The translations under genes and the position numbers were made by a program. The notes below the pieces were generated by a model, which did not search any database, was not told where the DNA came from, and was given only the letters and a program-made list of their open reading frames with translations. This document shows, in pieces, positions 18,195-27,647 of a stretch of DNA of 64,000 nt; the stretch's first letter is position 1, and each line of letters opens with the position of its first letter. The DNA comes from Bacteroidales bacterium (GTDB lineage: Bacteria; Bacteroidota; Bacteroidia; Bacteroidales; WCHB1-69), in the NCBI GenBank assembly GCA_017962845.1, contig JAGCUN010000051.1, positions 43,499 to 107,498 of the forward strand. The letters are read 5' to 3'.

Positions 18195-18383
18195 CCCCTC
18201 CCTCCCCTCCTCTTTTCATCCTTTAATCCTTTCATCTCTTCATCCCTTCATCCCTTCATCCCTTCATCTCTTCATCTCTTCCTCACATACTCATATACTC
18301 ACATCCCCACATCATCTCTTCATCTTTTAATCTTTTAATCTTTTAATCCCCTCCTCACATACTCACATACTCCCCCCCTCCCC
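18184..18383 (+). repeat. 200-nt G-free pyrimidine-rich tandem-repeat tract
   Basis: No G on the + strand from 18184 to 18383, read base by base. Units are CCCTTCAT, CTCTTCAT, CTTTTAAT and CTCACATA. Confidence 0.9.
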
Positions 18384-18425
18384 GAAACTTTTCACTTTTC
18401 CGCTCGCCATTTCGCAAATTTCATG

Positions 18426-18433
18426 TACTTTTG
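18426..18433 (+). promoter_or_regulatory. Candidate -7 box for sufB
   Basis: TACTTTTG, 27 nt upstream of the ATG. Confidence 0.5.
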
Positions 18434-18459
18434 CAGCTTGCATTTTTGAGTGCGAAATT

Positions 18460-19911
<1,452 letters not shown>

Positions 19912-19921
19912 ACCTCGTTTC

Positions 19922-19980
19922 GAGACGCGGCATGCCATTATAAATTTGTAATTTTGAGACGCGGCACGCCACGTCTCTAC
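19922..19980. repeat. REP family 1: one half-site plus one hairpin, downstream of sufB
   Basis: gagacgcggcatgcc ... gagacgcggcacgccacgtctctac. Confidence 0.7.
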
Positions 19981-19982
19981 AG

Positions 19983-20068
19983 AAAACATAATCTTTTAAT
20001 CCTTTCATCTTTTAATCTTTTCCTCACATAATCACATAATCACATAACCCTCTAACCACCACCCCCAT
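19983..20068 (+). repeat. 86-nt G-free tandem-repeat tract
   Basis: Units are CTTTTAAT, CCTTTCAT and ATCACATA, ending in ccaccaccccc. No G between 19983 and 20068. Confidence 0.9.
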
Positions 20069-21110
20069 GCACCTTGCAGACACCACCATCCAGCACATTG
20101 CCGTACACGCGGTCGGCAACAAACAGTTAGACGAGCCCCTCACCCTGTCGCACGAACTGCTCAACGTGAGCGACGAGGTGAAAAACCTGCTCAAGACCTA
20201 TTTTCTCTTCCCCTTCAAGTCGGAGGAGTATTTCCAGCTGTTCCATGAGGACGGGGTGGAGCAAAACGACATCTACAAGGCGGCCACGGCCATCTTCGAC
20301 GATCCCGACAGCTTGCTGGAGCAGTCGCTCTACATGGCCCAGCACCTCTACAACCAGTGCAACCACCCGAAAATCAAGGACGGCGAGTTCTATGTGGTCT
20401 ATTTCAAGGATTGCGTGTTGGACGATGAGCAGGTGGATGCCGTCGGACTTTTCAAGGCCGAGACCAAAGACTCGTTCCTGAAGATTCATCAGGAGGATGA
20501 TAAGTTCGTGGTAGAGAGCGACTTCGGATTCGGTCTCAACAAGCTCGACAAGGGCTGTCTGATTCTCAACACCGAGAAGGAGCGAGGCTACGTGCTGTCG
20601 GTGGTCGATAACACCAACCGCGGTGGCGAGGCGCAGTACTGGATGGACGACTTCCTGCACTGCCGCCAGCGCAAGGATGAGTATTACAACACCCAGAGTA
20701 TGCTCACCCTCTGCAAGGAGTTTGTAACGGATTATATGCCAGAGCAATTCGAGGAGGTTTCCAAAGCCGATCAAGCCGAAATCCTCAACCGCTCGGTCAA
20801 CTTTTTCAAGGAGAACAAGACCTTCGAGATGGAGGATTTCAAGCAGGAGGTCATCGGCAACGAGGAGCTCATCGAGAGTTTCGACACCTACAAGGAGGAG
20901 TTCCAGCAGGCCAACGACATGGTGGTGCCCGACAGCTTCGGCATTTCCGACAGCGCCATCAAGAAGCAGTCGCGCAACTTCAAGAGTGTCATTAAGTTAG
21001 ACAAGAATTTCCACGTTTACGTGCATGGCGACACCAAGCGCATCAAGAAGGGTGTGGACCCCGAGACCGGCCTGAATTACTACCAGCTTTTCTTCGAAGA
21101 GGAGTATTAG
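20067..21110 (+). CDS. Nucleoid-associated protein (YejK/NdpA family)
   Basis: 347 aa. The N-terminal IQHIAVHAVGNK motif is typical of NA37/YejK-like proteins. Confidence 0.7.
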   Translation: MHLADTTIQHIAVHAVGNKQLDEPLTLSHELLNVSDEVKNLLKTYFLFPFKSEEYFQLFHEDGVEQNDIYKAATAIFDDPDSLLEQSLYMAQHLYNQCNHPKIKDGEFYVVYFKDCVLDDEQVDAVGLFKAETKDSFLKIHQEDDKFVVESDFGFGLNKLDKGCLILNTEKERGYVLSVVDNTNRGGEAQYWMDDFLHCRQRKDEYYNTQSMLTLCKEFVTDYMPEQFEEVSKADQAEILNRSVNFFKENKTFEMEDFKQEVIGNEELIESFDTYKEEFQQANDMVVPDSFGISDSAIKKQSRNFKSVIKLDKNFHVYVHGDTKRIKKGVDPETGLNYYQLFFEEEY

Positions 21111-21151
21111 GCGATACTATATATAATATGTAGCTTTTTTTCATTTTTTTC

Positions 21152-21420
21152 TTTGGGCGGCCCGGCTCCCTGCGGTCGCCGTCGGGCTTTCCGTTTTACT
21201 CGCTTCGCTCGTGCTCACTCCAATCCCTGCCGCGACGGGACCTCGGGACGGTGTCGGCATATTCCAATCTGCCACGGGGAGGGCATCCACCCGGACGCAC
21301 GGCGTGCGTCCCTACCGATACCGGCAGTCCTGACGGACTGCCGCCGGCGGGGGCATCATCAACTCATGTTGCCATCGTTCCGTCGCACCCCTGACGGGGT
21401 GCAGGGATCGGTAGAACCGG
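21152..21420 (+). repeat. GC-rich repeat family 3, copy D, extended by three perfect hairpins
   Basis: The shared core is 21152-21288. It is followed by GGACGCAC-GGC-GTGCGTCC, CGGCAGTCC-TGAC-GGACTGCCG and GCACCCC-TGAC-GGGGTGC. Confidence 0.8.
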
Positions 21421-21498
21421 AATGTCTGCATTGTCATCATCGTTACAATAATTTATCTTTTTTTTCACAACTGCAGTGATTGGTAATAAAATATCATG

Positions 21499-21506
21499 TA
21501 TTTTTG
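21499..21506 (+). promoter_or_regulatory. Candidate -7 box for gene 21535
   Basis: TATTTTTG, 29 nt upstream of the ATG. Confidence 0.5.
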
Positions 21507-21515
21507 CCGCGTACT

Positions 21516-21545
21516 ATTCTAAACACCCATAGTCATGAAAGGAAA
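21516..21545 (+). repeat. Perfect 30-nt repeat covering the 5' leader, ATG and first codons of hypothetical gene 21535
   Basis: attctaaacacccatagtcATGAAAGGAAA, the inverted partner of 14840-14869. Confidence 0.9.
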
Positions 21546-22053
21546 AATTGTTGTTTTCATCTTGTTGCTCTGTGTGGGTTTCGCAAGCCATGTGAAATCC
21601 CAAAATATGGAGTATGACGATATGAGACTTTGTAGAATTGATCATTATATAGATGGTACAAATACATATGGTACAACTCCATTGGCTGACATTGCTCGGT
21701 TTTGTGCGGATTGTAATACTGCGATGGCGAAAGCGGAATTTCGTGCAAGATGGAACTACTTAGATTCTGTTTCCAGAGGTTCAAATATTCCCGTGGATGA
21801 CCAATTGTGGTCACGATACGGACGATCTTTAGAGCGGCTGACTCAGATAGTGGCTAACGAGGACAATTATTCCGACAGTGCCACACTCAGGGAGTGGTGG
21901 GCATGGTTTATGCTGCATTCCGACTATCTTTGCTGGGACTCTTATAATCGATGTTTTTACATCAATTCCAGTCCAGGTATCATCACCCAACAGACGGCTC
22001 CCATTTTGTATTTCGGTGACCCTCCGCGTAAAAAATTCGTGCCGGCATATTAA
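21535..22053 (+). CDS. Hypothetical secreted protein (AT-rich gene)
   Basis: 172 aa with a signal peptide and several Cys. No family recognised. Its start region is identical over 30 nt to that of the TonB-like gene. Confidence 0.55.
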   Translation: MKGKIVVFILLLCVGFASHVKSQNMEYDDMRLCRIDHYIDGTNTYGTTPLADIARFCADCNTAMAKAEFRARWNYLDSVSRGSNIPVDDQLWSRYGRSLERLTQIVANEDNYSDSATLREWWAWFMLHSDYLCWDSYNRCFYINSSPGIITQQTAPILYFGDPPRKKFVPAY

Positions 22054-22085
22054 TAGTCATAATTACTAAAAACCTTCAGTATAGT

Positions 22086-22283
22086 TTACTCCTCTATCAC
22101 CTTCACTTCAACATCTTCGGCAAAAGGCTCAGCTTTTTTGGAAGGAATGGATTGTATGACACGGAAAACGCCTTCCAACGTGGCGGCTTGGGTCTGATAG
22201 CATTTCCAATCGGCAGCCTTCATTCGAGTAGGGGGACAAATTGTCCCCCACTTGGATTTCAGTTCGGGGTCACGTTTTAGCAC
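22086..22283 (-). pseudogene. Remnant of a Bro-N/DinD-like (phage antirepressor type) gene
   Basis: GVFRVIQSIPSKKAEPF matches the conserved RLIQSIPSPKAEPF block of Bro-N/DinD proteins. Only ~45 codons are recognisable. The 5' part is replaced by a hairpin repeat. Confidence 0.5.
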
Positions 22284-22370
22284 GCACTCCCAGTAACCTC
22301 AGAAAAGGCCTCTTGAGGCCGCAGTCTGGGGTGGGAAACCGCACGGTGGATTGGCGTGTCGGAGGCACGC
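22279..22370 (+). repeat. Hairpin repeat family 2
   Basis: Aligns with the reverse complement of 12961-13060 apart from the central loop (tt versus aa) and a few substitutions. Confidence 0.75.
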
Positions 22371-22507
22371 TACTAATAAACAGCAAGTTGTGCGGATGGA
22401 TGCGCTCTGTTGCCTCATGCTGGTGCCCACAAGAAACACACTGCCCGTTCTTCCGCGGCATACCCGCCGTCAGGTTCTATCTTCCAGCCAGCGTGCCGCG
22501 GTTGGTC

Positions 22508-22583
22508 GTACCGCGCATCCCTTCCCCAGACTGCACTCCACTACGTTCCGTTTGTCTGGGGGTACTGAGATGGTGTGCCTCCC
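22508..22583 (-). repeat. Hairpin repeat family 2; flanks inverted relative to 11859-11936 while the stem-loop keeps its orientation
   Basis: gtaccgcgcatcccttc-CCCCAGAC-tgcactccactacgttccgttt-GTCTGGGG-gtactgagatggtgtgcctcc. Confidence 0.75.
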
Positions 22584-22599
22584 TTTAGTTTTGCAGCGT

Positions 22600-24225
22600 C
22601 AAAAAACAATGGAAAATGATGTTGATAAAATCACTATCTTTGTAGAAGAAATAAAGTTCACAAATTAACCAAGAATGGAGGGTGAACTACTGTGCCTCTT
22701 AGATTTTGTTCTATGTGCCGTAATAGTCCCTCCACTCTTTTGGTTGTTAGATCCAACTATAATGCCAGACACAAAGGTCAAATTAAAGGGAATAGATTAA
22801 CAGCCATATGGTTAATTCGATAGTTTAATTAAATGCGTTGCAAAAATATGAAAAATTTCATCATCGGAGCGGATGTGTCCAAAAAAACACTCGACTGTGT
22901 CTTGTACGACACCAACATCGAGAAGATGCATACATCTTACATCAAAATCAGCAACAACAAGAATGGTCTTGAAGACCTGGTTACGTGGATGAAGGAGCAC
23001 AAAATAGTCAAAAGCCAGGCTATTGTCTGCATGGAATACACCGGGAAGTATTCCTTTTATTTCGCAGAACTGCTTGAAAGGAAGAAGATTGATTTCGTGC
23101 TGATACCCGCACTAAAGATCAAAGGGGCTTTTGCCGGAGCAAGAGGAAAAAACGACAAGGTGGATGCCGAAAGAATCGCCACCTACGCCTACCGCTATCG
23201 GGACGAACTGACACCCACTAGCCTGAAAGACGACAAGATTGTCCGCCTGAGGAATCTGATGAATGACAGGAAACTCGCCGTAAAGCACGCAGCCGCCTAC
23301 AAGACCATCATGACGGGATATAAGGAGAGGAAATCAGCACCAAGATACAAAAGAGCCGAAAAGATCGTGGCCGAATACAAGAAACAGATTGCAGCTATAG
23401 AAAAAGAAATTAAGGAAGTGATCAACAGTAACGAAAAGATGAACAAGAACTACGAACTTTTGACCAGCATCCCGGGTATCAGTCTGGTAAACGCTGTCAA
23501 CCTGATCGTTTTCACGGGCAACTTCGATTTTTTTGCAGATGCCAGGAAATTCGCTTCCTACTCCGGTGTGGCTCCTTTCGAATATTCCTCCGGGACAAGC
23601 GTCAACAAAGGCACTCACGTGTCCAAAATGGCAAACAAAATGCTAAAGGCAGACCTCTCGCAGGCAGCCAAAACCGCTGTCAACTTTGACCCATGGCTAA
23701 GGGAATACTACGAACGGAAGCTCAAGGAGGGAAAATCATACGGATGCGTACTCAACACTATAAAATTCAAACTTATAGAAAGAGCGTTTGCCGTTGTCAA
23801 AAGAGGGACACCTTACGTAAATACTATGAAATATTCAGCGTGATGATGTCTATCGATAAGTCTGTTAATAACTTTTTGTAAAAGGGCTTGTTTTTAACCT
23901 ATAATACGGCACACGAGGAGAGCACAATGACAAGCCTTGCAGGTTCAACCCCACCGCCGCCTTGCAAATGGAGGCGTGAAGAAATCGGGCGGAGCGAGCG
24001 TGAAGAACGGCGAACTGTCCGAAGATGAGCGCAATGAAATGAAGCTCATCAAGTTTTTCGCCGTTTAGCGAGAACCACCCGATTTTAGCCGGAATTTGCA
24101 CAGCGGCAAAGCGCATTTCTTTTGGTTCGTTTTCTTTTTGCAATCGAAAAGAAAATGAACATAACGATAAGTCACGTTTATCCGAAACGCGCGATAAATG
24201 TGGTGTCGTCAAAGAAATAAACACC
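22600..24225 (+). mobile_element. IS110-family insertion sequence (boundaries approximate)
   Basis: The transposase CDS 22848-23843 has ~250 nt of AT-rich non-coding DNA upstream and ~380 nt downstream. The left limit is guessed from the end of a hairpin repeat. The right limit is guessed from the start of a duplicated promoter block. No terminal inverted repeats are seen, which is usual for IS110. Confidence 0.5.
22848..23843 (+). CDS. IS110-family transposase (DEDD + Transposase_20)
   Basis: GADVSK, MEYTG, KNDKVDAERIA and SIPGIS...ARKFASYSGVAPFEYSSGTS motifs. ATG 22848 is preferred over 22833. Confidence 0.9.
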   Translation: MKNFIIGADVSKKTLDCVLYDTNIEKMHTSYIKISNNKNGLEDLVTWMKEHKIVKSQAIVCMEYTGKYSFYFAELLERKKIDFVLIPALKIKGAFAGARGKNDKVDAERIATYAYRYRDELTPTSLKDDKIVRLRNLMNDRKLAVKHAAAYKTIMTGYKERKSAPRYKRAEKIVAEYKKQIAAIEKEIKEVINSNEKMNKNYELLTSIPGISLVNAVNLIVFTGNFDFFADARKFASYSGVAPFEYSSGTSVNKGTHVSKMANKMLKADLSQAAKTAVNFDPWLREYYERKLKEGKSYGCVLNTIKFKLIERAFAVVKRGTPYVNTMKYSA

Positions 24226-24295
24226 CCCTTCCCCTCTTTTTTTTGAAAAATAATTAAAGGGTGTGATGTGACTTAAAAAAAGCTGTATATTTGCA
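24224..24295 (+). repeat. ~72-nt direct repeat (pyrimidine tract + T-run + promoter box), copy 1
   Basis: The 29-nt perfect core tgtgacttaaaaaaagctgtatatttgca (24267-24295) is shared with 25441-25469. Confidence 0.85.
24286..24293 (+). promoter_or_regulatory. Candidate -7 box in the duplicated promoter block (copy 1)
   Basis: TATATTTG. No convincing ORF lies immediately downstream. Confidence 0.4.
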
Positions 24296-24629
24296 GAGAA
24301 AAATTGACCTTTTGTCGTAGAAGTTACATTAGACCAAACAATTTTTGAAACAGGAATAAAATATAAGAATTATGGAAAATATTAGCATTTCAAATTGTAA
24401 CATCCATTTACATGGTGATGTATATATTGGTTGTGCAAAAAAAAAAACAAAATGAATTCCCTGTACCATGTGATTCTTCAACATTACCTGTAGAGTTACA
24501 AGAATTATATAATCAGATGTCGTATTATGATTATGGGAACAAATGAGACCTTTATTAAGGTTATTATTGATGGCCAAATACAGACATATAATATTTTTAC
24601 TTTTGAAGACTAATTAAAATATAATAGCT

Positions 24630-25385
24630 ATGAATATGAAAAGTTTTTGTTCTCGTTTGGCTCTGTTGAGTGCGATATTTTTTGCCTGCACATTTTCTGC
24701 TTTTGGACAGACCACCGAGCGGAATCTGGATGGCTGGCACATCGGTATCATTGGCGAAGGTAACGTAGCACAAAAGATATCTGTAACCCCACACTCCACA
24801 TCATATGTGCCTTTTAAAGCAGTGCCGATGTTGGGCTGGAAGGTGGGCGCAGAGTTCTCCTATCATTTCGCCAAATATTTTGGGGTTTCTTGTGGAATAT
24901 CGTACGGAACAGTTGGACAATGGAAGGTTATCAGAGAGTATAATTCCGTTCCGTGGGGGCATAGAGCATCGTTTGTACAGCTGCCCATCCATTTCGAGTT
25001 TCATAGCCAGTTGGGACAAAGCAATTTCTGGTTTTACAGTTCTGCAGGAATCAATTTGGCTTTCAACCCTTTTTATAGACGTGCTGGTGCTGTAATGGGG
25101 ATTGATAATTACAATGATAAGGTGTCGGCGCAATTTACCTCCCAAACCAACCCACCTGTTTTTGTGAATGCCGTATTGAATGCCGGTTTTTATTATCGCC
25201 TGCCATACAACGATTTGTTGCGGTTTGGTTTTGTCGCCAACTTTTCTTTCTCCAGTCAGTATGTCGGCTCGTACACGGTTTACGGCCTCAATCCTGATAG
25301 CGGGACATTGAATTACAAACATAATTACTTGGGCTTCCAAGTCGGCTATATACATTGTTTTAAAAAGAAGTCCAGTACGAAATAA
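24630..25385 (+). CDS. Outer-membrane beta-barrel protein (porin-like, family uncertain)
   Basis: Signal peptide, alternating amphipathic beta-strand pattern and aromatic-rich strands. AT-rich. Confidence 0.55.
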   Translation: MNMKSFCSRLALLSAIFFACTFSAFGQTTERNLDGWHIGIIGEGNVAQKISVTPHSTSYVPFKAVPMLGWKVGAEFSYHFAKYFGVSCGISYGTVGQWKVIREYNSVPWGHRASFVQLPIHFEFHSQLGQSNFWFYSSAGINLAFNPFYRRAGAVMGIDNYNDKVSAQFTSQTNPPVFVNAVLNAGFYYRLPYNDLLRFGFVANFSFSSQYVGSYTVYGLNPDSGTLNYKHNYLGFQVGYIHCFKKKSSTK

Positions 25386-25395
25386 TGCGGCAGAA

Positions 25396-25469
25396 TCCCT
25401 CCTTCCTCTCTTTTTTTTGAAAAAAAATAAAAGGGGGTGGTGTGACTTAAAAAAAGCTGTATATTTGCA
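25396..25469 (+). repeat. ~72-nt direct repeat, copy 2 (functional yceD promoter region)
   Basis: Same architecture as 24224-24295. Perfect 29-nt core at 25441-25469. Confidence 0.85.
25460..25467 (+). promoter_or_regulatory. Candidate -7 box for yceD-rpmF
   Basis: TATATTTG, 19 nt upstream of GTG 25486. Confidence 0.5.
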
Positions 25470-25485
25470 CCCCAATTTATAGAAG

Positions 25486-26025
25486 GTGAAAATCGACCCG
25501 AAAAGAGAAGAATTTAAGCTGAGAATTTCCGGAGTTGAGCTCGGAAAGCATTCATTTTCAATAGATTGTGATAACAGGTTCTTTGAGCTTGCAGAGATTC
25601 CCGATTTGCATGAAGGTGATGTGAAATTGCAAATCGAGATGGAAGTTTTTGAGAAAATGATCACTTTGGACTTCCAGTTCAAGGGGTATGTGATGCTTCC
25701 TTGCGACCGTTGTCTGGATCCCGTCAAGGTGGATCTCGACTTTTCGGAGCATCTTTTGGTGAAGCTGGTGCCCCTGTTGGGTGAGATGCGCGAGGAGGAG
25801 GATATGTGGCTGGTGGATGAGAACGAGTACGAGCTGGATGTGTTCCATTTTGTGTATGAAAGCATCATGCTGGCCCTGCCCATCCAAGTGGTCCACCCTG
25901 ATGATGAAAACGGAAACTCCACCTGCAACCCCGACATTCTGAAAAAATTGCAAGAGCTCTCCGGCGAAACGCAGAAGGAAGACCAAATCGATCCGCGCTG
26001 GGAAGCCCTTAAAAACATCAAATAA
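25486..26025 (+). CDS. yceD: YceD/DUF177 family protein
   Basis: GTG start and a CDRCLDPV motif. Lies immediately upstream of rpmF, as is usual. Confidence 0.85.
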   Translation: MKIDPKREEFKLRISGVELGKHSFSIDCDNRFFELAEIPDLHEGDVKLQIEMEVFEKMITLDFQFKGYVMLPCDRCLDPVKVDLDFSEHLLVKLVPLLGEMREEEDMWLVDENEYELDVFHFVYESIMLALPIQVVHPDDENGNSTCNPDILKKLQELSGETQKEDQIDPRWEALKNIK

Positions 26026-26052
26026 AAGTAGAACACTAAATATTAGTAAGTT

Positions 26053-26241
26053 ATGCCACATCCGAAAAGAAGACACTCAGCAATGAGAAGAGACAAGAGA
26101 AGAGCACACGATTTCATCACCGCTCCCCAGCTGACCACTTGCAGCCACTGCGGTGCTGTCATTCTGACTCACAGAATCTGCCCTGAATGCGGATACTACA
26201 GAGACAGACAGGCTATCGAAATCAAGGGCGCTGAGGCCTAA
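26053..26241 (+). CDS. rpmF: 50S ribosomal protein L32
   Basis: MPHPKRRHS...C..CG...H..C..CG zinc-ribbon L32. Confidence 0.95.
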   Translation: MPHPKRRHSAMRRDKRRAHDFITAPQLTTCSHCGAVILTHRICPECGYYRDRQAIEIKGAEA

Positions 26242-26249
26242 TCCTTGAG

Positions 26250-26843
26250 ATGAAGCCCGCCGAAGCGATGGAATTAGTTTTCGCCACGCACAACCGGCAC
26301 AAGTTACAAGAGGCAGTCGCAATAGCGGGTGCTTCTTGTGTCGTGTTCGGCCTTGACCATGTCGGCTGTTTCGATGAAATACCGGAAACCGCTGACACTC
26401 TGTTAGGTAACGCCAAACAAAAGGCCGAATACGTTTATCAGAAATACCAAGTCAACTGTTTTGCCGATGACACCGGTCTCGAGGTGGAAGCTCTTGGTGG
26501 CCGACCGGGCGTTTATTCCGCCCGCTACGCCGGTGAGCACTGCTCCTTCGAGGACAATGTGAACAAGCTGCTGCAGGAGATGCAGGGCGTAACCAACCGC
26601 AAAGCCTGCTTCAAAACGGTGGTGGCCCTCATCCTCAACGGACAGCGCTACGAGTTTGAGGGGCGCGTGGATGGCATCATCCTGCCCGAACCCATCGGCG
26701 GCAGCGGCTTCGGCTACGACCCCGTCTTCATGCCCGACGGCTTCAACGAGTCGTTTGCACAGATGAGCGACTTCGACAAAAACGCCATCAGTCACCGCGG
26801 TCGCGCCATCCGCAAAATGATGACTTTCCTTCAATCCCTTTAA
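26250..26843 (+). CDS. rdgB: Non-canonical purine NTP pyrophosphatase (RdgB/HAM1)
   Basis: LVFATHNRHKLQE...DDTGLEV..L.G.PGVYSAR motifs. The alternative start at 26268 (MELVF) is likely. Confidence 0.85.
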   Translation: MKPAEAMELVFATHNRHKLQEAVAIAGASCVVFGLDHVGCFDEIPETADTLLGNAKQKAEYVYQKYQVNCFADDTGLEVEALGGRPGVYSARYAGEHCSFEDNVNKLLQEMQGVTNRKACFKTVVALILNGQRYEFEGRVDGIILPEPIGGSGFGYDPVFMPDGFNESFAQMSDFDKNAISHRGRAIRKMMTFLQSL

Positions 26844-26852
26844 TTCCCGTTT

Positions 26853-27647
26853 ATGAAACCCTATCTCGACCTGATGCGTACCATCCTCGAGGATGGAGTG
26901 GACAAGGGCGACCGTACCGGCACCGGCACACGGAGCATTTTCGGTTACCAGATGCGCTTCGACCTCCGCGACGGATTCCCGCTGCTCACCACCAAAAAGC
27001 TGCACCTCCGCTCCATCATCCACGAACTGCTCTGGTTCCTGCAAGGTAGCACCAATATCGCCTACCTCAAGGAGAACGGCGTTTCCATCTGGGACGAATG
27101 GGCCGACGAGCAGGGTGAACTCGGTCCCATCTACGGCCACCAGTGGCGCTCATGGGACTGCGCTGACGGCCGCACCGTGGATCAGATTTCGCAGCTCATC
27201 CACGACATCCAGCACAACCCCGACTCCCGCCGCCTCATTGTGAGCGCGTGGAATGTGGGCGAGATCGAACGCATGGCGCTCCCGCCCTGCCATGTCATGT
27301 TCCAGTTTTATGTGTGCAACGGCCAGCTGTCGTGCCAGCTCTACCAGCGCAGTGCCGATGTGTTTCTCGGCGTGCCGTTCAACATCGCCTCCTACGCTCT
27401 GCTGCTCATGATGGTGGCGCAGGTCACCGGACTGGAGCCGCGCTATTTCATTCACACCTTAGGCGATGCGCACTTGTACAACAACCATCTGGAGCAGGCA
27501 CAGCTGCAACTCACCCGCGAGCCACGCCAGCTGCCAGTCATGCGCATCAACCCCGAAGTGAAGTCCATCTTCGACTTCCACTACGAGGATTTCACCTTGG
27601 AGGGCTACGAGCCGCACCCGCACATCAAAGCAGACGTGTCGGTCTAA
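26853..27647 (+). CDS. thyA: Thymidylate synthase
   Basis: 264 aa with DRTGTGT, LPPCH and FQFYV motifs. Confidence 0.95.
   Translation: MKPYLDLMRTILEDGVDKGDRTGTGTRSIFGYQMRFDLRDGFPLLTTKKLHLRSIIHELLWFLQGSTNIAYLKENGVSIWDEWADEQGELGPIYGHQWRSWDCADGRTVDQISQLIHDIQHNPDSRRLIVSAWNVGEIERMALPPCHVMFQFYVCNGQLSCQLYQRSADVFLGVPFNIASYALLLMMVAQVTGLEPRYFIHTLGDAHLYNNHLEQAQLQLTREPRQLPVMRINPEVKSIFDFHYEDFTLEGYEPHPHIKADVSV

Noticed and set aside
18091-18330. 79-aa ORF (…SSLHPFIPSSLHLFISSS…)
   Set aside because: It is a translation of the G-free tandem-repeat tract. It has a periodic low-complexity sequence and overlaps the end of the acetyltransferase gene.
23925-23965. tRNA-like T-arm string (gcaggttcaaccccaccgcc) downstream of the IS110 transposase
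   Set aside because: The putative T-stem arms are not complementary. No acceptor or anticodon arms can be drawn on either strand.
21480-25480. Possible prophage, suggested by the Bro-N-like fragment and the transposase
   Set aside because: No phage structural, replication or integrase genes are present. The Bro-N piece is a ~45-codon wreck. The region is better described as an insertion hotspot.
24801-26036. 411-aa ORF on the - strand
   Set aside because: It runs antisense through the OMP gene, the duplicated promoter block and yceD. Its translation is Ser-rich and low complexity, and it crosses an obviously non-coding repeat.
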